From assembly GCA_951406725.2 (NCBI GenBank), contig OX597815.1, forward strand, positions 156,674,001 to 156,738,000: DNA of 64,000 nt. The letters run 5' to 3'. The stretch is from Octopus vulgaris. Its lineage: Eukaryota. Shown one piece after another: positions 40,895 to 53,493 of the stretch. Below the pieces are notes generated by a model, which searched no databases, was not told where the DNA came from, and saw nothing but the letters and a program-made list of their open reading frames with translations. Positions within the stretch are counted from its first letter, which is position 1, and each line of letters starts with the position of its first letter. The position numbers and the translations under genes are program-made.

Positions 40895-40937
40895 TTGAAC
40901 TCGACAAAGACAGGCTTGGTGTCGAAATATCGTTCAA
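40895..40937 (+). ncRNA. Minimal hammerhead-like motif with U3-A8/U4C variant core (second copy inverted at ~39515-39556)
   Basis: UUGAAC-UCGACAA-A-GACA(GGCUUGG)UGUC-GAAA-UA-UC-GUUCAA. Confidence 0.6.
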
Positions 40938-40976
40938 CCAATAAAATATCTATTTCAATCGCATCGCGCTCTTCTA

Positions 40977-41209
<233 letters not shown>

Positions 41210-41685
41210 GAGTGAGAGAACAGTGCATGCCATCAAAGTGACACTGGGGTAAAATATACGAAGCCCAGTATACCCATCATTACTACCCGTCTGATATGGG
41301 TACACTAGGCACATGCATCACAACCATGTGTGCGCGACATGGTGATCTCATATCAAGATAAACAACACGTGACCTTAACCCTAACCATAACACCTATGTT
41401 TCTAGAGGTGAATTATTCAAACCACAAATAATCCCTCTCAACACATGTCTTTGAAGCTCTCCCACTACTTCTGCTCGTGCTCAGAGATGCACATATCGTC
41501 AGCCACTAAGGGACATGGTCAAATGGTTAAGGTCAAACAACTGACAAGCAAAGCTGTGTCATTAAGCAGAATATTTGCTGTAGCTCATTTTTTATACCAA
41601 GACAAAACAATGTGCATTGTACACTTCCAGTCAGTTAAGATCAGGAGCCACGAAAGTCACTGCTTGGTACAGCATAAGGGCATTT
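41210..41685 (-). mobile_element. Non-coding (TAA)n-associated retroposon, copy 1 (internal deletion)
   Basis: Matches 52880-53427 at both ends. Confidence 0.85.
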
Positions 41686-41709
41686 ATTATTATCATTATT
41701 ATTATTATT

Positions 41710-42192
41710 GAGTGAGAGAGCAGTTCATGCCATCAAAGTGACACTGGGATAAAATATACGAAGCCCAATATACATCATGACTACCCGTCTGATAAGGGTA
41801 CACCAGGCGCATGCATCACAACCATATGTGCGCGACATGGTGATCTCATATCAAGATAAACAGCGCATGACCTTGCAGGTGGGGCCCAGTTAGAATTTTC
41901 TTCAGGTTGAGTAGCCCATCCCGCTCAAAAGGTCCCTGAATAAGGGTTGTTTAAGGATGTTGAAAGAACCACCCATGTTTCCAGAGGTGATTATTCAAAC
42001 CCCAAAGTATCCCTCTCAACACATGGCTATGATGCTCCCCCACTACTTCTGCTCGTGATCAGAGATGCACATATCGTCAGCCACTAAGGGACATGCTCAA
42101 GTGGTTAAGGTCAAACAACTGACAAGCAAATCTGTGGTATTGAGCAGAATATTTGCTGTAGCCAAACTTTTATACCAAGACAAAACAATGTA

Positions 42193-42194
<2 letters not shown>
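41710..42194 (-). mobile_element. Non-coding (TAA)n-associated retroposon, copy 2 (slightly truncated)
   Basis: High identity to 52880-53357. Confidence 0.85.
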
Positions 42195-42274
<80 letters not shown>

Positions 42275-44898
42275 TGCAGTAGTAGCAGTAGTAGTTGCAT
42301 CATCATCATCATCATCATCATCATTTTATGAATAGATCCCTTTCTAAGGGACTGTCAGTTTCTGAATTTTCAGGTAGTTAATTATACATGTTAGTATTTC
42401 GACTCTGAATAGATCGACCCTTTACTGCTTCCTAGAAGCCTTAAAATTATACGCTCTGTGAAGGGTTAAATAATTTCCATGGACCACACAAGCTGTCAAA
42501 AATTAGCTGGTGTAATTGTGCTACAGTTGAAAATAAAAGATAATCCCCAAAATATAAAACATTAATAATGACATGGTAATAACATATTAGTTTGAAAGAA
42601 CTCCTATGGAGAATATGTGGATTATAATGAATTCTTACAGAAATTATCAAACATTCTCATGAACCAACACATGGTGTTTCTTTAAAAAGTAGATTCGCAG
42701 TTGTTGGACTTCTCTTGGCATAATTCATTGAAATTGTTTCAGGAAATTCATAACATTCGACAGATGTCGTCCAAAGTCACCCCAAGAAAAAAAAATCTAA
42801 TTATCTTGTTTTCTTTCTCAGATGGGAAATATAATGAAATAATTACAATTTGTAAGAAATGCTGATGCAAACAAGTACTTTGTTTGATAAAATATTTTGT
42901 TTGCACAAATGTATTTTCCAGTCCAGAATAGGTGGTTGTTTTACTTTAAATAAGGTTGTTTCAGTGGTGTATCCTTCCAACGTTCATTATTCGAGAATTA
43001 AAGCAGACGATTCAATTAAAATAAATGAAAAAGCTAGATATTTTAGGCGTCTAAAAAAAAAAAAACTAGGTTAATCTGAAAGCCATGGAAATATAGCGCG
43101 TTTAAGATATTAAACCTTCTGATTGGAAAGAACAGTAAGAATATGAATTATGACTCCAAATTGAGTCTACTTGCCGGCTTTAACTTGCCGTTAAAAAGCG
43201 ACCTTGGAAAAACCATCAATGCCTTTGTATGTAGTTGACAACAACTATTTTTGTACGTATTTGTGAACATTTTCCAGTATCCTACCTTTATATAATTCAA
43301 TTCTAATGCGTAGAATTTATCGCTGAAGAAACGTAGTTGCTTGAATCTTTTTATAAACAAGATAAATACTTAAAAATTATTTCTTAACAACGAAAGAAAC
43401 GTTCATTCAAAATCTTTGAGAAATTGCATATTATAAATGTTACGTTTTCGTTTACATTTTTTTCTATTTTAGTTTTCAACGAATTCTTTCAATACGAATC
43501 TCATTATCCTCGATAAACTTTGGTGGGTTTTCCCCCCCATAAATTATAAAAAGTTACTGCTTCTCCAATCACATATTTTATTCTGTAGATGGTAACTGTA
43601 GAAAATCAATAACTCTGTCAATTCAAGTAAGAACTTTTTCTAGTTTCGCAAATATGATGAAATCTGTTAAACGGTAAAATCCAAGAGAAATGGGTTGGAA
43701 ATCGTTGTAATTACATTTTGTAAGTGCAAATTATAACAATGATTTTCTAGTATCAATTTGGAACACACAACATAAATTGTAACAGTGCTTTTCTAATATC
43801 GATTTGGAACATACGACAGAAAATATGTTTAATGTACTATTGTTAAAGAGTGTGTCCTACATATTTTCAAGGAATGCGTACGTTAAATTTAATTTTTCTT
43901 AATAAAAGATTTCGTGAAAGAAACATTAATTTATTAAAGAGCTAAGCGTTCATGTTGAAGATAAAATATATTATTTACAAAATAATAATCAAATGCAATA
44001 TCAGTGAATGTAAAGATAAATATATTTCGTATTTTTGTTTCAATTTAAGCCTTACTATAGGTATCATTCTCTTTTCAAATATTTGGATAAATCTATTGTA
44101 ATGAAAGAAAAATGCATATTTTTATATACTATATTTTCTTTCTGATGGAAAGGAAATCAAATACAGAGAGTAATCAAGTGTTATATATTACTATCTGATT
44201 GAAAAATGATGAGTTTGTAAAGTAATGCATGTGGCTACGGAGATTTTGCTCGCAGTTCTATACAGAAATTATAATGAATTTGTAAATATATTTGAACGCA
44301 TGTCACTGAAATTATATTACTTGTAAACTGTGATTGTATGCTTCGCTGACATAGAATAGCTCTATAGATATTTCATCCCGGATATTAATAAGTAGCTAAA
44401 AGATTACGTTTGCCTTCGAATTTGTTACACATGAACAAATAACATCGCTGCTGATTTACCAGGATAATGTAATATTCAGTCTTAAAGCTGATATTCATTA
44501 ATACAATTGAAGAAATGCTACGTTATCTGCATAGTATTAAGGAGCCATTTGATGCAGCCAATCGCATATCGTTTCTTCCGTAGATCTAGTTGCACCTTGC
44601 TACTGCTACAGGGCATTAATATCTCAATTAATGAAGCGTTGTTTGTAAAACAGGACCGGGGATCTTTGAGAAATGTTTACTCTCTTTAAATAAGCAAGTT
44701 CAACAAAACTGAAATACATTTATCACGTACACTTTTATTTCTCAAAACACATACTCCTATGCATTATGAAGGCACTGTTCATTTCTCTTTAGCTCTCCTC
44801 ACACAAATGTCAATTTCACACATCCAACACATCTCACGCCAGCCTTACAGAACGATATCTTCAAAAACATCTACACTTATTCGCAGAATTGGTATATA

Positions 44899-46190
44899 CG
44901 AGGGGCGTTCAATAAGTAATGCCCCTGACCCACTTCCCATTGCAGTAGAGCAATGAAACTTAGCACAGTTATTAGTCTTTTTCTCCATAGGAACCACCCA
45001 GAGTTACGCATTTCTCCCATCGTTTGATGCAGCTCTGGAGACCGTTTTTGTAGAAGACCCCAGCTTGATCCTCCAACCACGACGTGACTTCAGAAAACAA
45101 GGCTGCATCATCTGGGAAACGCTTTCCTTTCAAAAATAACTTCATGGCTGGGAAGAGGTGAAAATCAGAGGGTGCAAGGTCAGGAGATTAGGGGGATGGG
45201 GGAGGAGCTCATAGCCGCACGCCTGTGCTTCTGATCTGGCGACAAGCGAGTTGTGGACCGGAGCGTTGTCCTGCCGGAGGAGGATGCCTTTGCTGATCTT
45301 GCCCCGCCTCTTGATTTTGATAGCTTCTCTTAATTTCCTCAAAAGTGAAGCATAATAGGCTCCTGTAATTGTGGTACCCTTTGCCAGGAAATCTGTTATC
45401 ACTACTCCGTCCTGGTCCCAGAAGACTGTGAGCATGACCTTGCCAGCGGAGGGCTGCACCCTTGCCTCCTTTGGAGGAGGTGAGTCACGGTGCTTCCACT
45501 GCATTGACTGGGCTTTGGTCTCTGGATCATAGTGATGGACCCAGGTTTCATCCTGTGTAATCAGTCTTTTGAAAAATGTTGACTCATCTTCTTAGCACAT
45601 CTCCAAATTCATCCTCGACCACTCGACGCGTTCTTGCTTCTGGAAAGGTGTGAGCAACCTGGCAATCCATCTGGCAGACAACTTTTGCATATGCAAATGG
45701 TCATGAATGATAGTTTCCACAGACCCGGTACTAATTTTGACCTCATGGGCTATTTGGCGAATAGTTATGCGTCGATCTTCCAAAATGGCAGCCTCAACTT
45801 GACGTACAGATGCCTCATCAATGGCAGAAGTGGGGCGACCAGATCTGGGAGCTGTATCCACAGAGTTCCGACCATATTTGAATTCACAATGCCAGCGTTT
45901 TACAAGGTCATATGATGGGGCATCATCACCATAAGTTACTTTCATTTCATCAAAAGTCTCCCGTGGTGTGCGTCCTTTCAAATACAAACACCGGATCACT
46001 GCTCGACACTCAACTGGCTCCATTTCACACCTGACTCAGTTCAAACACCTGTAATTCAGAAACCATAATTAGTTCAGAGCTGTAGTTTGCCGCTTAATCT
46101 ATAGAGATATAAATAATTGCACATGCAAAATTTCAGCTAGATCAAACAACTGCAAGTGGGTCAGGGGCATTACTTATTGAACGCCCCTCG
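44899..46190 (-). mobile_element. Full-length mariner (DD34D, irritans-like), 1292 bp
   Basis: Perfect 37-bp TIRs CGAGGGGCGTTCAATAAGTAATGCCCCTGACCCACTT with TA TSDs. Confidence 0.97.
44972..46023 (-). pseudogene. Mariner transposase with one nonsense codon (~45593) and frameshifts near 45190 and 45130
   Basis: HTH region, SARW, DETW, QPSAGKVM, QDNAP.H, PHPP..PDLAPSDF, RWEKC. Confidence 0.95.
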
Positions 46191-46267
46191 TAAAACTATT
46201 ATCCTCAACAACAACTGGTATATTTGGATTGGGGAATCCGCACATTATCATCATCATCATCATCATT

Positions 46268-46313
<46 letters not shown>

Positions 46314-46314
46314 C

Positions 46315-46359
<45 letters not shown>

Positions 46360-46369
46360 CATCATCATT

Positions 46370-46930
46370 GCCGTTGCACAGCTTCTAACGCTGGAGATGC
46401 ACTACAGTGTCAGTTATTCACTACCAGTGAACTAATGTAAAATCTTTTATTTTTTGAGCACCTTCCTGGGTATTCGAGCGGTTCCAAGCAATGCTGTTTT
46501 CTGCAAGAGATCTACCCTTATTGCAGCCGCTATTTATTCTACGTACTTCTCGAGATTTTTGCTCACTGTTCCCAGAGCTCTGACAATTATTGGTACTATT
46601 GCTACCTTTTTCATCGACCACAACTGCTTAACTTCCCAAGCTAATCTGTCATATCTCTCAACTTTTCTTTCTTCCTTATCGCATACCTTGTTGTCAGCTG
46701 GGCATGCTATATCTATGATCCAGCATTGTTTTCTTTCTGAATTAAGACAATGCCTGGCTTCCTATTCTCTATCTCATTGTCGCACTGAATCATAAATTCC
46801 TATAGGGTCTTTGCATTTCTATTTTCGACGATTCCTTCAGGTTTGTGGTCGTACCAATTTTTTGCTCTGTCAAGTCCATAGTCCATACTTGTTGGAGAGT
46901 GTCCAATGGGCAAGCCTGGTTATATTGTCG
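46370..46930 (-). mobile_element. R4/Dong-like LINE 3' fragment (RLE endonuclease) between (ATT)n tracts
   Basis: CWIIDIACP.D.KV..KE..KVERY..LAWEVKQLW..VPIIV.ALGTV..LQKTALLGTARI.RKVL. Confidence 0.88.
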
Positions 46931-46935
46931 TAGCG

Positions 46936-47042
<107 letters not shown>

Positions 47043-47053
47043 TATCATCATCA

Positions 47054-47094
<41 letters not shown>

Positions 47095-47210
47095 GAGTGA
47101 GAGAGCAGTGCATGCCATCAAAGTGACACTGGGGTAAAATATACGAAGCCCAATATACCCATCATGACTACCCGTCTGATAAGGGTACACCAGGCACATG
47201 CATCACAACC
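47095..47210 (-). mobile_element. Non-coding (TAA)n-associated retroposon, copy 3 (short end fragment)
   Basis: Same left boundary GAGTGAGAGAGCAGTGCATGCC; (ATT)n on both sides. Confidence 0.85.
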
Positions 47211-47264
<54 letters not shown>

Positions 47265-47277
47265 CATTATTACTATG

Positions 47278-47494
47278 GAAGGCGACGAGCTAGCAGAATC
47301 ATTAGCACGCCGGGGGAGAATGCTTTGCGACATTTCGTCCGTCTTTACGTTCCGAGCTCAAATTTTGCCGAGGTCTACTTTGCCTTTTATCCTTTAGGAG
47401 TCCATAAAGTAAGTACCAGTTGAACACTGGAGTCGATGTAATAGACACCCCACCCAAAAAAAAATTGCTTCCCTCGGGGCAAAATTTGAAACCA
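47278..47494 (+). mobile_element. SINE family A copy
   Basis: AAGGCGACGAGCTAGCAGAA head; core; tail CAAAATTTGAAACC. Confidence 0.85.
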
Positions 47495-47529
47495 TTATTA
47501 TTGTTGGTGTTGTTTTTGTTGTTGTTACG

Positions 47530-47975
47530 CTAGTGCATGCTAATTTATTTCGGGGACATTTTATCTTGATGTTTGGTGATATCTATCCTCAAATCTGAAG
47601 AATCCAAGAATCCGTTCTTAAGATTGTTGCAGAATATAGGATTGTACATTTCAGCAGGTCGACAAAGCGAGGTTCAATTCCAGTTTCATTCAGTCTTTTA
47701 GGTAGTAATTTGGGTGTTGTGCCATTTGCATTAATTATTACAGGAATAACTGTGGCTTTGTTCTTTCACAGCTTCTTCAGTTCTCTGGCTAGATCCTGAT
47801 ACTTCACAATTTTTGCTATTTCGTCACCAACTCGACTAAATAGGGAATTACAAAATCTAGGATCTTACATTTCGTTTATCTTGTCTTCTATAATCATATC
47901 TGGTCTTCTTGTTTCAATAGTACACTTGAGATTTTTAGGGAAATCCCACAGGATCTTGTAATTCTCATTATGAAT
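47530..47975 (-). mobile_element. R4/Dong-like LINE 3' fragment
   Basis: KILWDF...IETRRPDMI.EDK...KYQDLARELKKL...VIPVII...QQSYILQQS. Confidence 0.75.
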
Positions 47976-50489
47976 TTATTACCAGCCAAAATATCTCACG
48001 ATAGTTAGTAACATCTCTTCAATATCTGGCTGGTGTCAACTTCTCTCTTTCTCCACTCTTAGTCGATAATTACCAGTCAAGTACTGATATCGACCACAGC
48101 CCTTCCAAAAAACTGTCTGAAAATGTGTCAGATATTTTCCATGTTGAAAATGAATAATTACAAATTAGACTAAATTCTATGTCGATGAATCTTAATGTTT
48201 ATGTGAAAGTGTGCTACTGATCTATATTATAGGAAGAATGAACAAAACAGAAATTGTTACTCAACCTACTAGCTAGTGATTATTTTCCTTCTATCAAAGC
48301 ACAGGTAAGTGAGTAGCTGGTATGACAGATAGTAGTTGGAAGTTTACTAGTTCGTATTGTGGCATTAATTGACATCATTTTGTTGTTGTTTAAAACCAGA
48401 TGTACTCTGAATGGGAATAATTATATTTACATCAATTTCAGTCGTGACGTCAATTTTTTTTAGAATGCCTAGCGCAGCACTATTTAATATATCCATACAC
48501 TCTTTTAAGGCAGAGTGTAATTTAGGGGTATCGGACTGCTATTACCAGCTAGTTGAATGACTTTGAAGAGGATCCCTTGTTGACTTGCAGGTTGAAATGA
48601 TACATTCCATTTTAAAAGTACGTGTATTCGAGGTGAGAAAAATGTTTCGAAATAATATCGCAAAAACATTAATTTAAGATGTAATGATATATAGGAGTCA
48701 ACAGTACTTATGTTTTAAAAGCATGTGAATAACAAGAAAAAACATTTACATAACTTCGAACAATTTAACTTTAAAAAATATTTTAAAAGAGGTAGATGTC
48801 AAGAATAAAATTCAGCAAAAATTATGAACATCCTATGCTTGCAGCCAATGCAATTATCACTTATTTAGACAGCTTATTTTGTCAACATTATTTTGTTTTT
48901 CCTTTCTATATTTCGAGTAAGCTATACATGTATTCCTGGCGGGCCATTTCGAGATGCACTGTTTGTATGTCTACCTTATATTAAAACACCAGGACTATGC
49001 TGTTTAGGCTCAAATCATAATTATTCCGAATTCCTTTATCTATTTCTTTTCCTTTTGTTCCCTATTCTTCATTTCTCTCCCTCTCTTCCAGAATTTCTCA
49101 GAGGAATTAGTAAATCTGGGGTTTGACCCAAATTATTCTCCCTGTGTCATACTTAACTAGATATCCATTAAATTGTGCTAATATTCCATTAGTTCTGTAA
49201 ATATTCTTTTGGAACATATTTTATCTAGAATAATTAAATTAATGGATAATTAATCTTGACTATAAAGAATTACAGACACAGTAAATGTTTTTTGAGCATC
49301 GTCGTCAGCTGCATTTGATGACGTCAAATGTCCACTAGATGTAATGACTTCTTTAGAATATTAATGCTTTTTACTCTCTTTGTATTTACAACTTTATTCC
49401 ACTATATGCCGCTCTAGAATGAGAGGTTGGAGACACATTCAGCTTAAGTTTCTTAAATCTCGGTATTTCTGACTAGCAGTTTCACATGATGAACTGTTGG
49501 CTAATAAACAAATGAGCGCTCACTTATTTATTTGGTAGCCTGATGAGTTGGGAGTTTGTAACATATATAAATTAATTGTTTTATGCTTATTTTACACCGA
49601 AGACTAATGAAACAATTGAACAAATACCAGGCAAGACATTCCTCTCTGTTTTTATTGTGTAAATTCTTTGGTTACAACCATGGATTTGCTTTTTAAAGCC
49701 CGTCTATTGTTATTGATAATTAGTTATTATCCTCCAACGAAAATAGACGGCTTTACTGTTGATATATATGAAAATGACAAACATCCATAGAGTTATAAAA
49801 TCATTAACAAGGAGAGTGGAGTAACTAGTTTTACTTCATAATTCTTCAATTGTTTCATCCACGCTTTACCAAACAATTTATTACTGGAATATTATTATAT
49901 ATAATATCGAATGAGTATTATTCCAGGATAATGGGAAAAATTGACTTTACAGGACTATTTATAAACAGAAATATTGAATATACCCAATTTCACAAAAATA
50001 TATATGCACCGCCTTTAAAATATTCATATGATATCTTTATCATATCAATGGTTAAAATAAAGGCGTATGCACAAAACAAAAATCAAAGTAACCGGTCAAA
50101 AATAGGAGGAATCAAAACTAACAAGAGAATAAATGGAAAACAAATAGACAAATAAAAAAGTAAATGAACAGATAAAATACATAAAATAATAAATCTTTGC
50201 GCCTCCCGAATCATAGATCTAATAATTGATAGAAAGTTCTATAAAGTCGTTAGGGTGAGCACACAGCTTAGTATCAATTTCTTAATTTGATACTGTTGTC
50301 TACTACCCAGAATTAGTTATCAAAGAGTTTTAGGCTACCAATTGATTTATTAGCAGACTCCAAGTAACAGTATTTACGATGTTTACCAACTCTCACAAGC
50401 GTACAGATATATAAATTTTCCCTGGAAAATGAATCTATCTATCGATCTATCTATTTATCATCATCATTATGAATAATGTTATTATCATT

Positions 50490-50647
50490 GAGTGAGAGAG
50501 AGCAGTGCATGCCATTAAAAGTGACACTGGGGTAAAGTGTATGAAGCCCAGTATACCCGTCTGATAAGGGTACGCCAGGCACATGCATCTCAATCATATG
50601 TGCGTGACATGGTGATCGCATTTCAAGATAAACAGCGCATGACCTTG
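50490..50647 (-). mobile_element. Non-coding (TAA)n-associated retroposon, copy 4 (truncated)
   Basis: Same left boundary after ATTATCATT. Confidence 0.8.
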
Positions 50648-50699
50648 AGTTAAAAGAAACTCATAATTTCAAAAGAAATTATGAGTTTGTTTTAAAATT

Positions 50700-51440
50700 T
50701 GAGATTACATAATCAGTATTTTACGTAAGATATGGGCAGTGCCCATGAGCACAATCTTCTGAATTTCTGCCATTTTGGGGTTACCTGGTATCTGAGCTGG
50801 GTAGCAATTAGCTCCTTTTGCTATCATTCCTAGGGCACCTATCACAACAAGTATTGTTTTAGTCTTTAGGTTTCACATTTTGCTAATTTCCATTTCAAGA
50901 TCCTTATACTTGCTCAGTTTTTAGTAGGTCATGACAGATGCGTTTATGTCGATTGGGAGAGTCATGTCAATGAGGAGGCATGATTTTTGTCTGAAGCCTT
51001 TCAATATAATGTCTGGCCTATTTGCATCTATCTTTCTGTGAGTTTCACTGGTGAATTTCTAGAGGAGTGAGATGTGATCATTTTCAAGCACTGGAGGTGG
51101 TTTGTGTTCCCACCAGTTTTTTATCATTGTTAATGGCCTCTGGCTTAAAATCTGAAACAGAAGGGTTTATCATAGCAGCTCAAAATCAATGCCTACCTAC
51201 AAGGAATTATCAGGTTAACATATTAAAGAACAGCAGTAGCCCAACATTTCGTGTATGTCAACAGCTCTATTATGCCTGTTGAGATATTCTGTAGGTGCAA
51301 GAAGACTGCACATGGAGACAACATGATCAATGCTTTCATTTTGCTGTTGACATACACGACATGTTGGGAAGCTACCGTTCTTTAATATGTTGGCCTGGTA
51401 ATTTCTTGTACGTCAGCATTGATCTTGGGCTGCTGTAGCA
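50700..51440 (-). mobile_element. R4/Dong-like LINE 3' fragment with an inverted internal segment
   Basis: AAQDQC..RNY..CRVC....SIDHVVSMC..L...EY..RH; DANRPDI...CLLIDMTLP..KLSKYKDLEMEI..VIGALG. Confidence 0.85.
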
Positions 51441-51486
51441 AAGCAAAACAATGTACAATGGTTCTACGTCGGGGCATTATTATTAC

Positions 51487-51569
<83 letters not shown>

Positions 51570-52454
51570 TTCATCATCATCATCATCATCATTATCATCA
51601 TTATCATTTTTATTATTATTTTATCATTATTATTATTATTATAAAATTGGTTATTCTCATCGCTACTCATTTTAACGACCATTTACATTATTAGTTCTAC
51701 AATTATCCTTTGTTGCCTTTACTATTCCCATAGTTATTATCATCGATGTTATTATTATTATCATTATTATTATTATTGGTCTTTGTTACTAGTTTCATTG
51801 TTATTATTGTTGCTAATATTGTAAATCTTATACACGCTAGTATAACCATTTATCCCACTCTAAGTATATAGCTAGCTAAGAGAAAACTAATTATCAAAAC
51901 ATTCGGAAATTGCTTCGAGATATAATCATGAGAACAGTTAATTGTTGTAATAACATCTCATATTAATCTCGGAAAATTTCAATGCATTTTAAAATAAGAT
52001 TTGGAATGTAATATAGTATATGCATGAATATTGTGTTTTATAAAAAGATATGAAATTGTAGCTTTCGTACAAGTATATTTGATTCATATTAACTCTTATG
52101 TAGAACTATATGTACCTCTTTGTGGGTGCATATATAAATATCTTTATATAGGATGGTAGTGTGCATAAGTGAGTATCGTTATATGTGCACCAATCCATAT
52201 AAAAGTATGCGTGTCTTTGCTTTGGAACTTATATACGGATGTGAGTATATGAGTGAATTGTATATATATATGTGTGTGTGTGAATATCTATGTATAATGT
52301 ATTACTTTATAAATATTTGAGAAATTTAATTTAGTTATTACAATTTATTACTAATATTTAATAATAATAATAATGCTTATTATTATTAATATTATTATTG
52401 TTATTGTTATTATTATTATTATTGTTGTTGTTGTTGTTATCATTATTTTTAATG

Positions 52455-52790
52455 ATCAGTAGTCTTATCACGTGCTTTCTCTCTACTACCGAGCGCAGCA
52501 CTGTGTACCTTGGGTATGGGGATGGGGGGATAGTGGTTTGTTATGATGCTCTTATCTTTACTGTATTGAAAGCGTTTTAGGTAGGATGTGAGCGGTGCCT
52601 TGTAGTGCTATTTTCTGTATGTCATATATATCTGTTAGTCCTGGTGGTTTTGTTATGTATGTGTCTCAATATTTCTCTTCTCACACCTAATGCGTGCGCC
52701 TACTAGAATAGGAATTGTTTCTATTTTTAGACTCTACATTCAGGTTACCTCTATTTCCAAGTCTTTGTATTTGGAAGTCTCTCCGTATTA
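52455..52790 (-). mobile_element. R4/Dong-like LINE 3' end (same family as 53491-57260)
   Basis: SKYKDLEIEVT.M.SLK.ETIPI.VGA; 3' UTR similar to 53491-53600. Confidence 0.8.
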
Positions 52791-52793
52791 CTA

Positions 52794-52863
<70 letters not shown>

Positions 52864-52879
52864 CATTATTATTATTATT

Positions 52880-53423
52880 GAGTGAGAGAGCAGTGCATGC
52901 CATCAAAGTGACACTGGGGTAAAATATACGAAGCCCAGTATACCCATCATGACTACCCGTCTGATAAGGGACATGCATCACAACCATATGTGCGCGACAT
53001 GGTAAACTCATATCAAGATAAACAGCACATGGCCTTGCAGGTGGGGCCCAGTTAGAATTTTCTTCTGGTCGAGTAACCCATCCCGCTCAAAAGGTCCCTG
53101 AAGAAGGGTTGTTTAAGGATGTTGAACGAAACACCCATGTTTCCAGAGGTGAATTATCCAAACCCCAAAGAATCCCTCTCAACACATGGCTATGATAGTC
53201 CCCCACTACTTCTGCTCATGATCAGAGATGCACATATCGTCAGCCACTAAGGGACATGCTCAACTGGTTAAGGTCAAGCAACTGATAAGCAAATCTGTGG
53301 TATTGAGCAGAATATTTGCTTTAGCCCATCTTTTATACCACGACAAAACAATGTACATGATAACACTTCCTATCAGTTAAGATCAGAAGGCATGAGAGCC
53401 ACTGCCTTGTATTCCATCAGGGC

Positions 53424-53427
<4 letters not shown>
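52880..53427 (-). mobile_element. Non-coding (TAA)n-associated retroposon, copy 5 (apparently full length, 548 bp)
   Basis: (ATT)n on both flanks; right end shared with copy 1. Confidence 0.85.

Positions 53428-53490
<63 letters not shown>

Positions 53491-53493
<3 letters not shown>

Larger units (their letters stand above)
39481..40970. mobile_element. Penelope-like element composite: two oppositely oriented arms bounded by inverted ~80-bp terminal repeats
   Basis: 39481-39560 is the inverted homologue of 40891-40970; GIY-YIG on the minus strand, RT-thumb/linker (RIPLV...RRNKNIRELL...KPCSL) on the plus strand. Confidence 0.8.

Noticed and set aside
43743-43825. Two diverged ~47-bp tandem units
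   Set aside because: An ordinary local duplication with no further structure
48281-48312. Possible 5-nt micro-exon (..TCAAAG CACAG GTAAGT)
   Set aside because: A strong donor alone is expected by chance, and no partner exons were found
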